From Actinomycetota bacterium (GTDB lineage: Bacteria; Actinomycetota; UBA4738; HRBIN12), in assembly GCA_035519495.1 (NCBI GenBank), contig DATIWE010000056.1:18657-82656 (forward strand): a stretch of 64,000 bases of DNA, read 5' to 3'. The notes under the pieces are model-generated. The model was not told the DNA's origin and did not search any database. It saw nothing but the letters and a program-made list of their open reading frames with translations. Both the position numbers and the translations under genes were made by a program. Position 1 is the stretch's first letter, and each line of letters starts with the position of its first letter. Of this stretch, positions 1-9,049 are shown one piece after another.

Positions 1-1
1 G

Positions 2-277
2 GACGTCGATCGATCATGGATGGGTGTGATGAAGATGCCGATCGGGCCATTCGGGATCCTCGACGGCGTCGGACTCGACACGGCGCTGCACATCACGCAG
101 TTCTGGGCGAACGCCCTCAACGATCCGCAGCTGCGGGCGAACGCCGAGCTCCTGCGGACCTACGTGGACCGCGGCGATCTCGGCGTGAAGACCGGCCGGG
201 GCTTCTACGAGTATCCCGACCCCGCGTTCGCCGCTCCGGGCTTCGTCGAGGGCGCGCCCCGATCGGGTTGCGCGTAG
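2..277 (+). CDS. 3-hydroxyacyl-CoA dehydrogenase, C-terminal domain (5' truncated at window edge)
   Basis: The frame is open from base 2. The C-terminal dimerisation-domain motif MGPFGILDGVGLDT and the ending YEYPDPAF are typical of HADH/FadB C-termini. Confidence 0.6.
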   Translation, partial: DVDRSWMGVMKMPIGPFGILDGVGLDTALHITQFWANALNDPQLRANAELLRTYVDRGDLGVKTGRGFYEYPDPAFAAPGFVEGAPRSGCA

Positions 278-287
278 AGTCCGGCGG

Positions 288-1490
288 GTGGGCGAGCACG
301 AGCCACTCCAGGTCGAGGAGCTCGTTCGAGACAACGAGAACCTGCGCGAGCAGCGGCGGGCGATCGGCGAGGTCCTGCGGGCGGTCGCGCGTTCCGAGGG
401 ACTGCAGCCCGTTCTCAACGAGATCGTCGCGGCCGCGAAGCGACTCTGCCACGGCGAGCACGCCCAGCTCTATCTGGCGGACGGCGATCTCTTCGTGGTG
501 TTCTCGCAGAGTGACGACTCCCCCGCCGGCTACGAGTACGCCGAGGACCATCCGCACGCGCGCGACCGCACGACGGTCGTCGGCCGGGTAGCGCTCGCCG
601 GCGAGGCGGTGCAGATCCCCGACGTCCTGGCCGATGCGGAGTACTCGTTCGGAGGACAGCCGATCGCCGGCTATCGCGCGTTGCTGGGCGTCCCGATCGT
701 CCTTGACGGCGAGCTGATCGGTGCGATCGCGGTCGGCCGGAACGTTCCGGGGCCGTTCGCCGACGAACACGTCGAGATCGTCACGACGTTCGCCGATCAG
801 GCCGCGATCGCGATCGCGAACGCACGGCTGATCGACGCCGTCGAGCGACAGCGGACGGAGCTGTCGCGCTTCGTCTCGCCGGCGGTCGCCACCCTCATCT
901 CCTCGTCGGAAGGTGAGCGGTTGCTCGCCGGCCACCGCGGGTACATCTCTTGCTTCTTCTGCGACCTGCGCGGCTTCACGGCGTTCGCGGAGACCGCGGC
1001 GCCGGAAGAGCTGATCGAGGTCCTCCGCAGGTATCACGAGATGCTCGGCGAGCTGATCCCCGACTTCGGCGGGACGCTCGAGCACTTCGCCGGGGACGGC
1101 GTGATGGTGTTCTTCAACGACCCGATCGCCGTCGAGGACCATGAACTCCAGGCGATCCGGCTCGCGATCGCCGAGCAGGAACGGTTCGAGGAGTTGGCGC
1201 AGGGGTGGCGCAAGCGCGGCACGGAACTCGGGCTCGGGATCGGGATCGAGGCGGGGTACGCGACGATCGGGAGGATCGGCTTCGAGGGCCGCTACGACTA
1301 CGGAGCGCTTGGGCCGGTGACGAACCTCGCCGCTCGGCTCAGCACCCTCGCCGCGGCCGGTCAGATCCTGATCGGCCCACACGTGTTCGGGGTCGTCGAG
1401 GAGACGGTGCAGACGGCTCCCGTGGGCGACCTCGAGGTGAAGGGGTTCGGCCGGCCCATCCCGACGTACGAGGTGCTGGGGCTCCGCTAG
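288..1490 (+). CDS. GAF domain-containing class III adenylate/guanylate cyclase
   Basis: 400 aa. The N-terminal half is GAF-like (LYLADGDLFVV...GAIAVGRN). The C-terminal cyclase core is FCDLRGFTAFAE ... HFAGDGVMVFFNDP ... GYATIGRIG. Confidence 0.8.
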   Translation: MGEHEPLQVEELVRDNENLREQRRAIGEVLRAVARSEGLQPVLNEIVAAAKRLCHGEHAQLYLADGDLFVVFSQSDDSPAGYEYAEDHPHARDRTTVVGRVALAGEAVQIPDVLADAEYSFGGQPIAGYRALLGVPIVLDGELIGAIAVGRNVPGPFADEHVEIVTTFADQAAIAIANARLIDAVERQRTELSRFVSPAVATLISSSEGERLLAGHRGYISCFFCDLRGFTAFAETAAPEELIEVLRRYHEMLGELIPDFGGTLEHFAGDGVMVFFNDPIAVEDHELQAIRLAIAEQERFEELAQGWRKRGTELGLGIGIEAGYATIGRIGFEGRYDYGALGPVTNLAARLSTLAAAGQILIGPHVFGVVEETVQTAPVGDLEVKGFGRPIPTYEVLGLR

Positions 1491-2455
1491 GGATCGAGGG
1501 TGATCACGACGTTGCCGACCTTCTGCCCCGTCTCGACGTACCGGTAGGCCTCGATGATCCGGTCCAGGGGATACCGCCGGTCGATGACCGGCTTGAACGC
1601 CTCGGACGCGATCATCCGCTGGAAGAACCGCACCTCTTCTTGGAGGTACTTCCGCGGGATGGGGAACATCACCCGCTTGCCGCCGAGGAGCGGCGTGACG
1701 AGTCCCAGGATCGGATTCAGCGAGAGCGGACCGAGGTCCGACGAGAGGTAGATCCCGCGCGGCTTCAACAGTGGCTTGCACCTGCCGAACGAGCTCTTGC
1801 CGACCGCGTCCATGACCGCGTCGTAGCGCTGCGCGTCCTTCGTGAAGTCCTCGGTCGTGTAGTCGATGGCCCGGTCGGCACCGAGGCCGCGCACCAGCTC
1901 CAGGTGCTTCGTGTCACAGACCGCGGTCACGGTGACGCCGAAGCTCTTCAGGAGCTGGACCGCCGCCGAGCCGATCGCCCCGGTCGCGCCGTAGACCATC
2001 ACGTCCTGCCCGCGCCCGATCTTCGCCTTCCTGATCATCGACATGGCGTAATGCGACCCCTCGGTGCTGGGAGCGGCCTGTTCGTACGTCACGTTGGCCG
2101 GCATCGTCGCCAGCGAGCCGTCGTCGGGCATCGACAGGTACTCGGCGTGCGCGCCGAAGCGCCATTCGCTGAACCCGAACACGTCGTCGCCGACCTCGAA
2201 GGACGTGACGCGGCCGCCCACTTCCTCCACGACCCCGGCGAACTCGCTCCCCAGGATCGTCCGGCGTGGCCTGCGGAGCCCCGTCAGGAGTCGAACGAAG
2301 AACGGCTCGGCCGCCCGGAACCCGCAGTCCGTCCGATTCACCGTCGTCACGTGCACCTTGACGAGCACGTCGTGCTCCCCGACCGGCGGCCTCTCGACGT
2401 CGGCGATCCGAACGACCTCGGGTGGCCCGTAGCGGGTGTGGACGGCTGCCCTCAC
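1487..2455 (-). CDS. NADPH:quinone oxidoreductase / zinc-binding alcohol dehydrogenase (MDR) family protein
   Basis: MDR fold with a Rossmann motif VYGATGAIGSAAVQL and the N-terminus MRAAVHTRYGPPEVV. I chose the internal GTG at 2455. The ORF could extend to the GTG at 2512. There is a 4-nt overlap with the upstream cyclase stop. Confidence 0.7.
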   Translation of the reverse strand: MRAAVHTRYGPPEVVRIADVERPPVGEHDVLVKVHVTTVNRTDCGFRAAEPFFVRLLTGLRRPRRTILGSEFAGVVEEVGGRVTSFEVGDDVFGFSEWRFGAHAEYLSMPDDGSLATMPANVTYEQAAPSTEGSHYAMSMIRKAKIGRGQDVMVYGATGAIGSAAVQLLKSFGVTVTAVCDTKHLELVRGLGADRAIDYTTEDFTKDAQRYDAVMDAVGKSSFGRCKPLLKPRGIYLSSDLGPLSLNPILGLVTPLLGGKRVMFPIPRKYLQEEVRFFQRMIASEAFKPVIDRRYPLDRIIEAYRYVETGQKVGNVVITLDP

Positions 2456-2574
2456 GAGCGCACCGTACCGACTGCCCGTCGCACCGGCTATCGGAGAAGG
2501 TCCTTCCGACACCGAGCCGATAGGCCCAGGCGTTCGCTCATCGGCCCACCACCATGGGGTGGGGAGGTGAGGTC

Positions 2575-3063
2575 ATGCAGGCCCCAACCAAGCAGACGCA
2601 GGTGGCTGCGACCCGCTCGACCCAGCCCCGGCGAACGGCCCGACCCGAAGGGCGGTACCTCTTCGCCGGTGTCAGCGTCGCGAGCATCTGGGTGGCGGTC
2701 GCGCTGGCGAGCATCTGGTCTCCGGACATGACCACCGGCACGCAGCACGACCACTTGGCGATCGCGTCGTTCGCGGACTGGCTGTACGCGGCCCTCGCGA
2801 CCGGACTGGTGCTGATGGCGTTCGGCAGGCGTACGCCGGGCGCCAGCCGCTCGTTGTGGCTCGGCTTCACGGTCGCCGTCGCTTGCATCTGGCTCGCCGT
2901 GGCGGTCGCGAGCATCTTCGCGCCGACCCTGGTGACGGGGACCGACCCGACGACGATCCCGATCGCGGCGTTCGCCGCGCCGATCGGAGGCATCCTCGCG
3001 ACCGCGTTCGCGAGCGTGTTCGCCGCCGGCAGCCAAGGCCGGGATGTCACCGACGAGCGGTAG
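2575..3063 (+). CDS. membrane protein with internal tandem duplication (hypothetical)
   Basis: A strong SD (GGGGAGGTGAGG) precedes the ATG at 2575. It has four predicted TM helices in two homologous halves (VASIWVAVALASIWSPDMTTGT / VACIWLAVAVASIFAPTLVTGT). Confidence 0.55.
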   Translation: MQAPTKQTQVAATRSTQPRRTARPEGRYLFAGVSVASIWVAVALASIWSPDMTTGTQHDHLAIASFADWLYAALATGLVLMAFGRRTPGASRSLWLGFTVAVACIWLAVAVASIFAPTLVTGTDPTTIPIAAFAAPIGGILATAFASVFAAGSQGRDVTDER

Positions 3064-3123
3064 CGCATCCGGACGAACGGAAGGAGGGGCTCGGGCGCCG
3101 CGTTCGCGTCGCGCCGTGCCGGA

Positions 3124-3396
3124 TCAGCCGGTCGCGTGGCCCTGGTTGCTCGCCACCCACCGACGCAGGTTCTCGACGTTCGCGATGGCCTCGGTGGCGT
3201 GCTCGCACGTCATCGGGTCGTCGCACATCGGGTTCCCCTCCATCGTGAAGAAGTTGAACATGCAGTTCGGACACTGCACCTTCAGCTCCTCGGGCAGATA
3301 GGGGCAATCGCCGTACGCGCACGAGCGCTGCCCCTCGCCGGTGGCGATGTCGAAGCCGCAGCCGGGGCACTGCCGGAAACCTTCCCATCTGGCCAT
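3124..3396 (-). CDS. small cysteine-rich protein (8 Cys; putative metal-binding/zinc-ribbon)
   Basis: 90 aa. AGGAGG sits 6 nt upstream of the ATG. The Cys pattern is CPGC ... C-x4-C ... CPNC ... C-x5-C. Confidence 0.6.
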   Translation of the reverse strand: MARWEGFRQCPGCGFDIATGEGQRSCAYGDCPYLPEELKVQCPNCMFNFFTMEGNPMCDDPMTCEHATEAIANVENLRRWVASNQGHATG

Positions 3397-3488
3397 CGTT
3401 CGCCTCCTGGCGAACGATGCGCACGCGTGGGGCCGGTCGCCCAGGTCTCAATGGCCCGGGACGGCTGGGTCGTTCGGCGGCGGGGGGA

Positions 3489-3836
3489 TCAGCTGAAGCT
3501 GAACGTCCCTTCCCAATGCCACAGTTCGTCCGCGTCGGCGGAGACGTCGGCGTTGGCCTCGAACCCCACGAGCGTTCCGGTCCCGCCGAAGAACGTCACC
3601 ACGCCCTTGTCGGCAGCCAGGTCCAGCACGACATGGCCGGTCGCGGTGTTGCCGGATCCCGCGTCCAGGACGATGTCGGTGTCGAGCGTGCCGTCGCCGG
3701 CCGCCTCCGCGTAGATGACCTTCGAGCCGACCCCGATCTCTTCGATGTTCGACGACGTGATCGTGCAGAAGTCACCTGCGGCGCCCTTGTACTCCGAGCA
3801 CTCCTTGGTCATGTGGAGATCTCCACTTCGAGCCAT
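3489..3836 (-). CDS. hypothetical Gly/Thr/Asp-rich 115-aa protein
   Basis: GGAAGGAGG SD upstream of the ATG at 3836. It is co-directional between the CDGSH protein and the Cys-rich protein. Two Cys near the N-terminus lie in CSEYKGAAGDFC. Confidence 0.5.
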   Translation of the reverse strand: MARSGDLHMTKECSEYKGAAGDFCTITSSNIEEIGVGSKVIYAEAAGDGTLDTDIVLDAGSGNTATGHVVLDLAADKGVVTFFGGTGTLVGFEANADVSADADELWHWEGTFSFS

Positions 3837-3932
3837 GCGCCCCTCCTTCCGGCCGGCGGTCCCTCCGGGGATACGAAGGTTGTCGTCACCCTACGCGCTT
3901 ACCACCAGGGCCGCTCGCCGGGGTCCGTCGCG

Positions 3933-4598
3933 CTAGCCGTCGCGGAACCCGATCTCCTGATGCGTGCCGTCGCAGAACGGCTTGTTCTGCGATCCGCCGC
4001 ACCGGCAGAGCGTGACGCGGTGACGGATCTCGTAGGGCTCGCCATCGTCGCCGACCACGGCCACCCCGCCGCGGACCCAGAGCGGCCCGTTGCGGATCGC
4101 CGAGACCGCCGGCGGGTGGTCGAGTTCGTCGGGCTCGGTCGCGCCGTCGGCGAGGAACTCGAGCCGACCCGAAGGACAGAGCATCACCATCGATCGGATC
4201 CGTGCGCGGATCGCGTCGTCGTCGCTTTCGCCGAGCATCGCCCACACCGTCGTGGAACGGTCGCCGCAGTAGCCGGCCCGCGAGCAGAGCGTCAGGTCAT
4301 CGGACATCTCGAAGCCGCTCCCCGGATACGGATACGCCCGTGCCCGGCGGGGTCCTCGATCAGCCACCTCGGTCCCGTCGAACCCCTCCGCACACCCGCG
4401 TCGATCGCACAGTGGCTGCGTGGCCGTCCGCCCACATCGGCAGACCTCGATCGGGTCCGCGTCGGTCGGGACCGGTGTCTCCGGCGCCCAGTCGACCGGC
4501 TCACCGAACTCCGTCTCGATCTGTGCCGTTCGCGACAACGAGACGCCGTGCACCCGGTAGGGGCCGTCGGCTTCGATCTCGATCCGCTGCGGGTCCAT
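3933..4598 (-). CDS. CDGSH iron-sulfur domain protein with divergent 4Fe-4S mono-cluster domain
   Basis: Two CDGSH-type motifs are present (CRCGRTATQPLCD and CRCGGSQNKPFCDGTH). A central Cys cluster LCSRAGYCGDRS ... MLCPSG follows. I chose the start at MDPQ (ATG 4598). The larger track ORF carries upstream Arg-rich junk. Confidence 0.75.
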   Translation of the reverse strand: MDPQRIEIEADGPYRVHGVSLSRTAQIETEFGEPVDWAPETPVPTDADPIEVCRCGRTATQPLCDRRGCAEGFDGTEVADRGPRRARAYPYPGSGFEMSDDLTLCSRAGYCGDRSTTVWAMLGESDDDAIRARIRSMVMLCPSGRLEFLADGATEPDELDHPPAVSAIRNGPLWVRGGVAVVGDDGEPYEIRHRVTLCRCGGSQNKPFCDGTHQEIGFRDG

Positions 4599-4625
4599 CG
4601 CCGGAACCCTAGTACGTGACCCCAC

Positions 4626-5516
4626 GTGTCCGAGACCCACGCTGGGCGCCTCGCTCCTGCCCGACCCGTGGCGCCTGCCCGACCGACCTGCAAGGCTCCC
4701 ACCGTGGACCGACCATCGCCGCGGGATCATGTGGACGTGATCGCGCACTTCGTCGACCTCTGTTCCGCCGACCGGCGGATCGTCGCCGCCTTCCTCTCGG
4801 GATCCAACGCGCGAGACGAGGCCGACGCATATTCGGACCTCGATCTGTGCCTGATCGCCACCGACGCGGCGTACGACGACGTCGTGGCCGACCGGGCGGC
4901 CATCATCGGGAGGCTCGGCGAGCCGCTCTTCTTGGAGAACTTCGGCCGCGGCGACAACGCGTTCTTCATCCTGGCCGACGGCACCGAGGGCGAGCTGTTC
5001 TTCGCACGCGAGGGCGGGCTCGATGCGATCGACGCGGGGCCGTACCGCCCGCTTGTGGACAAGACGGGCATCCTGGCCGGCGCGGTGTTCCCGTTCACCG
5101 AGCCGGACCGTGCGGAGCAGGTCGAGGAGCTCCGCCGCGTCCTTCAGTGGTTCTGGCACGACCTGTCCCACTTCATCGCCGCGCTCGGACGCGGCCAGCT
5201 CTGGTGGGGGGCCGGCCAACTCGAAGCGCTCCGCGCGTACTGCGTGAACCTCGCGCGCATCGAGCAGCACGTCGAAGCGCAGGACGAGCCCTACGAGAAG
5301 CTGGATCACGTGCTGTCGACGACCGAGCTCGAGGTGCTGCGCTCGACCTTCTGTCCCATGGAACGGCGCGCGATGCTCGAAGCCGCGAGTGACATCCTCG
5401 CCTTCTATCGGGAACGGGCACCCATCGTGGCCAAGGCGTACGGGTTGCCCTATCCCGCCGAGCTCGCGGAGCTGATGTGCACCCGCTTCGACGAGCTCGA
5501 GCCTGCCTCGGGCTGA
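4626..5516 (+). CDS. nucleotidyltransferase, ANT(6)/AadK-like aminoglycoside adenylyltransferase family
   Basis: The NTase motif is RIVAAFLSGSNARDEADAYSDLDLCLIA and the length is about 280 aa, as in ANT(6). The true start is probably the internal VDVIAH near 4734. The 3' end overlaps the convergent membrane-protein gene by about 67 nt. Confidence 0.55.
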   Translation: MSETHAGRLAPARPVAPARPTCKAPTVDRPSPRDHVDVIAHFVDLCSADRRIVAAFLSGSNARDEADAYSDLDLCLIATDAAYDDVVADRAAIIGRLGEPLFLENFGRGDNAFFILADGTEGELFFAREGGLDAIDAGPYRPLVDKTGILAGAVFPFTEPDRAEQVEELRRVLQWFWHDLSHFIAALGRGQLWWGAGQLEALRAYCVNLARIEQHVEAQDEPYEKLDHVLSTTELEVLRSTFCPMERRAMLEAASDILAFYRERAPIVAKAYGLPYPAELAELMCTRFDELEPASG

Positions 5517-6169
5517 GAGCCTGGGTCCGTAGCCATCCTCGAGGCGCGGATCGCGTCCACGCCGAGACCGATGAAGCCTGCGCCGAGCAGGATGGCCGAG
5601 ACGGTCAGCGCCGGGTGGAGGTACGTGATCCCGAAGAACGCTTGCACGGCCATGCCGGCCGCGATGGCGACCGCCGTCCAGCGCGGGATCCCACGAGAGC
5701 GGTAGAGCCCGACCGCGAGCGCGAACACGCCGATGTTCAGCAGGATCCCCGGGCCGAACGCGACCTGGAGCGGGGCGCTCTTCGTCAAGTCGTCGAACAC
5801 CGTGCGCACGGTCGCGGGATCGAGGCCGGGCTTCGCGAGGACCCAGAACACGAACGCGTCAACGGTGACGAACGCGATGACCGAGACCAGCCCGACGAAC
5901 GCCACGACGCCCCATCCGAGCGCCAGGCGCGGAGCGGTCGACGAGAGCCGGTGCATCAGCAGCAGGATCGAAGGGATCAGGAACCCGAGTCCCACGAAGA
6001 TGAGCAGGTGGGCCATGTACCAGCGGTTCGGATCGCTCGCGACGCTCGCCACCTGAGCGGCGGCATCCGTCGACTCCGCGGGGTGGATCAGGAAGCCCAG
6101 TCCGATCAACGCTCCCGCCACGACCGCTCCGTACCCCATCGCACGCACGTTCCGTTCGGCGGGGGCCAT
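5450..6169 (-). CDS. integral membrane protein (hypothetical, 6-7 TM)
   Basis: The start is MAPAERN. Its ATG overlaps the cupin stop (ATGA coupling at 6167-6171). The protein has multiple hydrophobic helices. Confidence 0.55.
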   Translation of the reverse strand: MAPAERNVRAMGYGAVVAGALIGLGFLIHPAESTDAAAQVASVASDPNRWYMAHLLIFVGLGFLIPSILLLMHRLSSTAPRLALGWGVVAFVGLVSVIAFVTVDAFVFWVLAKPGLDPATVRTVFDDLTKSAPLQVAFGPGILLNIGVFALAVGLYRSRGIPRWTAVAIAAGMAVQAFFGITYLHPALTVSAILLGAGFIGLGVDAIRASRMATDPGSQPEAGSSSSKRVHISSASSAG

Positions 6170-6564
6170 CACGCACCACTCCCCGACCCGCTCGTCGCCG
6201 CGTCGACGACGTCCTGCGTCGCCTGATCGCCTGCCGGCGCCCAGTCGATCGTCCGCACCGGTTCGTCGCCGACGACCCAAGCGTCGTGGCCCGGCGGGAT
6301 CGCGTACGCGTCGCCCGGGCCGAGGTCGACGCCGGTGCCGTCATCCATCTCCACGTGCCAGCGCCCCGAGAGCACGAACCCGGTGTGCGGGAGGCGGCAA
6401 CTGGTCGTGCCCATGATCGGTTGCCAGTCGTTGGACCAGCGCCACCCGGGCTCCAGTACGCCTCGCACGACGAGCTGATCCCCGAGCCGAACGAGCTCCG
6501 CGTGTCCCTTCGGGAGCTCCGGCCGCTCGTCGGGACGGTCCAGGCTCTTCACGATCGGTTCCAT
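6169..6564 (-). CDS. cupin domain protein
   Basis: 131 aa. A cupin-like beta-barrel segment is GFVLSGRWHVEMDDGTGVDLGPGDAYAIPPGHDAWV. It is translationally coupled to the downstream membrane protein. Confidence 0.6.
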   Translation of the reverse strand: MEPIVKSLDRPDERPELPKGHAELVRLGDQLVVRGVLEPGWRWSNDWQPIMGTTSCRLPHTGFVLSGRWHVEMDDGTGVDLGPGDAYAIPPGHDAWVVGDEPVRTIDWAPAGDQATQDVVDAATSGSGSGA

Positions 6565-6629
6565 GACTCCTCCTTCCGGTCCCGGCCGACGCTAGCCGTC
6601 GGTCCCGACCGGCACATGAGGAGTTCTCC

Positions 6630-8198
6630 TTACCGGTCCTCCGCGCCCACCAGCCGGTGCTGCATCGCGAACATCGCCGCCTCGGCTCGGCTCGAGATCC
6701 CGATCTTCGCGTAGATGTGCTCGATGTGGTTGCCGGCGGTCTTCGGCGTGATCCCGAGCGCACGCGCGATCTGGCGGGTCGTCGACCCGCGCGCCGCGAG
6801 CACGAGCACTTCGATCTCGCGCGGGGTCAGCCCGGCCGGCCCGCTCGGCGTGCGACGCCTCGGATGCCCCTCGCCCGCCAGGACCGCGTCCGCGATCAGC
6901 GGATCGAGCTCGCCCTCGCGTCCCATCCGGTGCAGCTCGTCGACGGCCGCCTTCTCGTCGAGCGCGGGGCGATGCGGGCGATCCTCGCGCATCGCCTGGA
7001 AACGATCCGCGGCGGCCACGATCCGGCCGAGCAGTGGGATCGTCTCCCCGGCGATCCCGCGGGGGTAGCCGCCTCCGTCGACCCGCTCGTGCGCGGACGC
7101 GGCGATGGGCGCGAGCGTCGCGAGACCCATCCCGCGCCGCACGATGCGATCGGTGAAGTACGCATGCAGCCGCACCCGCTCCCATTCGTCCTCGTTCAGC
7201 GGGCTTGGCTTATCCCAGATCGAGTTCGGGACGCTCGCCCGCCCGAGGTCGTGCAGCAGCGCAGCCCTGCGAGCGGTCTCCACGTCGGTCTCCGGGACGC
7301 CGAGCTCCCGCGCCGCCGCCTCCGTCCGATCCGCGACGGCGCGCGAGTGCCCGGTGAACCAGGGCGACTTGAGGTCCGCGTAGTCGGCGATCAGCTCGAG
7401 TGCGGTGTCCACCTCCGAGGTCGAAAGTGTCCGGTTCGGCGGAGCCGTCCGGACCAGATCCCACGCAGCATCGCCGTCGGCCGCCTCGAGGATCCCCGGA
7501 GCCATCTCACACCAGGCATCGACCAGCTCGGGATCGAGCGAGATGCCCCTCCACGTGGTGGCGATGTCGATCGCTCCGTCGACGCCGCGCTCGCGGAACG
7601 ACGCCTCCACGAGATCGGCCAGCGTGCTGATGCGGACCGGCAGGGGGATGTCGCCACCGCGGACCCCAGCCGGGATCCCCTTCCCGTTCCATTGGGCGAA
7701 GGAATCCTGCAGCGCGTCGCGGACGTCGCCGCTCAGCCCGAGACGTTCCGCGAGTCGCGCGTTGACCGAGCAGTGGGCGAGGATCGAGTCGATGAACGGC
7801 CGCAGCCGCGTGCCGAGGAGCCGCAGGCGCACGCGGGTCTTCTCCGGCAACGGACGTCCCCCACCCGCGTGGCCGAACACGAACCGCGCCTGCTCGATCG
7901 TGGACGGGCCGAGGTCGTAGCCGGCGCCCCGCACCGCGATCTCGTCGCCGAAGAGTTGCGACAGCTCGAAGGAGACGGCGGAGCAACCCGAGATCATCAG
8001 CAAGGAGACCCAGTAGGTCGCCACCCGATCCTCAGAGGAGATCCCAAGGTGATCCGCGAACAGCCATGCGATCGCGCACGAGCGCACGATGTGGTCGAGC
8101 GGTTGCCCGGTCGCGAGGTCGGCCGCGCGAGCGATCGTTGCCGCCGCCTCGGCGAGGCTGACGTCGGCGCGTGTCGCCACCTGCTCAGGCTGCATCAC
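6630..8198 (-). CDS. HD-GYP domain / LuxR-family HTH transcriptional regulator
   Basis: Central HD(-GYP) motifs are HAYFTDRI ... HHERVDGGGYPRG. The C-terminal LuxR HTH is LTPREIEVLVLAARGSTTRQIARALGITPKTAGNHIEHIYAKIG. Confidence 0.8.
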   Translation of the reverse strand: MMQPEQVATRADVSLAEAAATIARAADLATGQPLDHIVRSCAIAWLFADHLGISSEDRVATYWVSLLMISGCSAVSFELSQLFGDEIAVRGAGYDLGPSTIEQARFVFGHAGGGRPLPEKTRVRLRLLGTRLRPFIDSILAHCSVNARLAERLGLSGDVRDALQDSFAQWNGKGIPAGVRGGDIPLPVRISTLADLVEASFRERGVDGAIDIATTWRGISLDPELVDAWCEMAPGILEAADGDAAWDLVRTAPPNRTLSTSEVDTALELIADYADLKSPWFTGHSRAVADRTEAAARELGVPETDVETARRAALLHDLGRASVPNSIWDKPSPLNEDEWERVRLHAYFTDRIVRRGMGLATLAPIAASAHERVDGGGYPRGIAGETIPLLGRIVAAADRFQAMREDRPHRPALDEKAAVDELHRMGREGELDPLIADAVLAGEGHPRRRTPSGPAGLTPREIEVLVLAARGSTTRQIARALGITPKTAGNHIEHIYAKIGISSRAEAAMFAMQHRLVGAEDR

Positions 8199-8222
8199 GG
8201 CGATCCGCCGCTCCCCCTGGCG

Positions 8223-9023
8223 CTACAGCGAGTGCTTCTTCAACCAGGCGAGCACGTGGTCGGCGACCTCGGGCCACCGGCTGTCGATCGCGAGCGAGTG
8301 CCCGCGGTCGGAGAACTCCTTGAAGTCGGTCACCGCGCTCGAATGCCGGTACTGCTTGAGGGTCGAGCGGGTGATCGCCGCCGGCACCGTGTGGTCCTTC
8401 CCGCCCGCCGTCAGCAGCAACGGTCCTCGCGTGGAGTTCCCCGTGTTCACCTTCGCGGGTGAGTGCGACGCGAAGTTGGCAGATGCGGCCTCGAACAGCG
8501 GCTGGCCGGGCGACGGGATCGTCCAGCGGTCGAACAGTTCGTTGGACTCGGCCTCGGACAGCGCGTTGCCGAAGCCGTACCGGAACTGCGCCTGCGTCAG
8601 CGAGACCGCGCGATCCTTGTTCGCCGGGTTCCGGAGCGCGATCGACGCGACCCGAAGGGCCGAGGGCGGCAGGTACAACACACCCTTGATCGGCGCCGCG
8701 TCGATCGCGACACCCGCGGCGGCGAGGTCGTCCCCGAGCAGTCGCTCCACGATCAGGCCGCCGAAGGAGTGGCCGATCACGATCGGCTTCGCGCCGAGGT
8801 CGGCGATCGCCTTCGCGTAGTGATCGACCACGTCGTCGATGCCGTGGCCCGCGATCGCGTCGGGGTCCGCGCGGGTCTCCTCTACGGTCGCGGCGTCGCC
8901 GGGCCATCCCGGCGCGGACGGCTCGTAGCCGGCCTCACGGAAGCGGTCGACCCACGGGCCCCACGAATCGGCGTGCAGCCACAGGCCGTGCACGAACACC
9001 ACGGGCGTGCGTTTCTGGGCCAT
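8223..9023 (-). CDS. alpha/beta hydrolase (paralog of 14683-15537)
   Basis: The start is MAQKRTPVVFVHGLW. The nucleophile elbow is GHSFGG. It is about 55% identical by eye to the second hydrolase. The 590-aa track ORF N-terminal extension is Arg-rich artefact. Confidence 0.75.
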   Translation of the reverse strand: MAQKRTPVVFVHGLWLHADSWGPWVDRFREAGYEPSAPGWPGDAATVEETRADPDAIAGHGIDDVVDHYAKAIADLGAKPIVIGHSFGGLIVERLLGDDLAAAGVAIDAAPIKGVLYLPPSALRVASIALRNPANKDRAVSLTQAQFRYGFGNALSEAESNELFDRWTIPSPGQPLFEAASANFASHSPAKVNTGNSTRGPLLLTAGGKDHTVPAAITRSTLKQYRHSSAVTDFKEFSDRGHSLAIDSRWPEVADHVLAWLKKHSL

Positions 9024-9049
9024 GATCGTCCCCCAGGCTCGACCGGAAG

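Noticed and set aside
117-1781. 554-aa minus-strand ORF over the GAF-cyclase gene
   Set aside because: It is antisense to a confidently identified cyclase, with an Arg/Pro-rich composition and no motifs.
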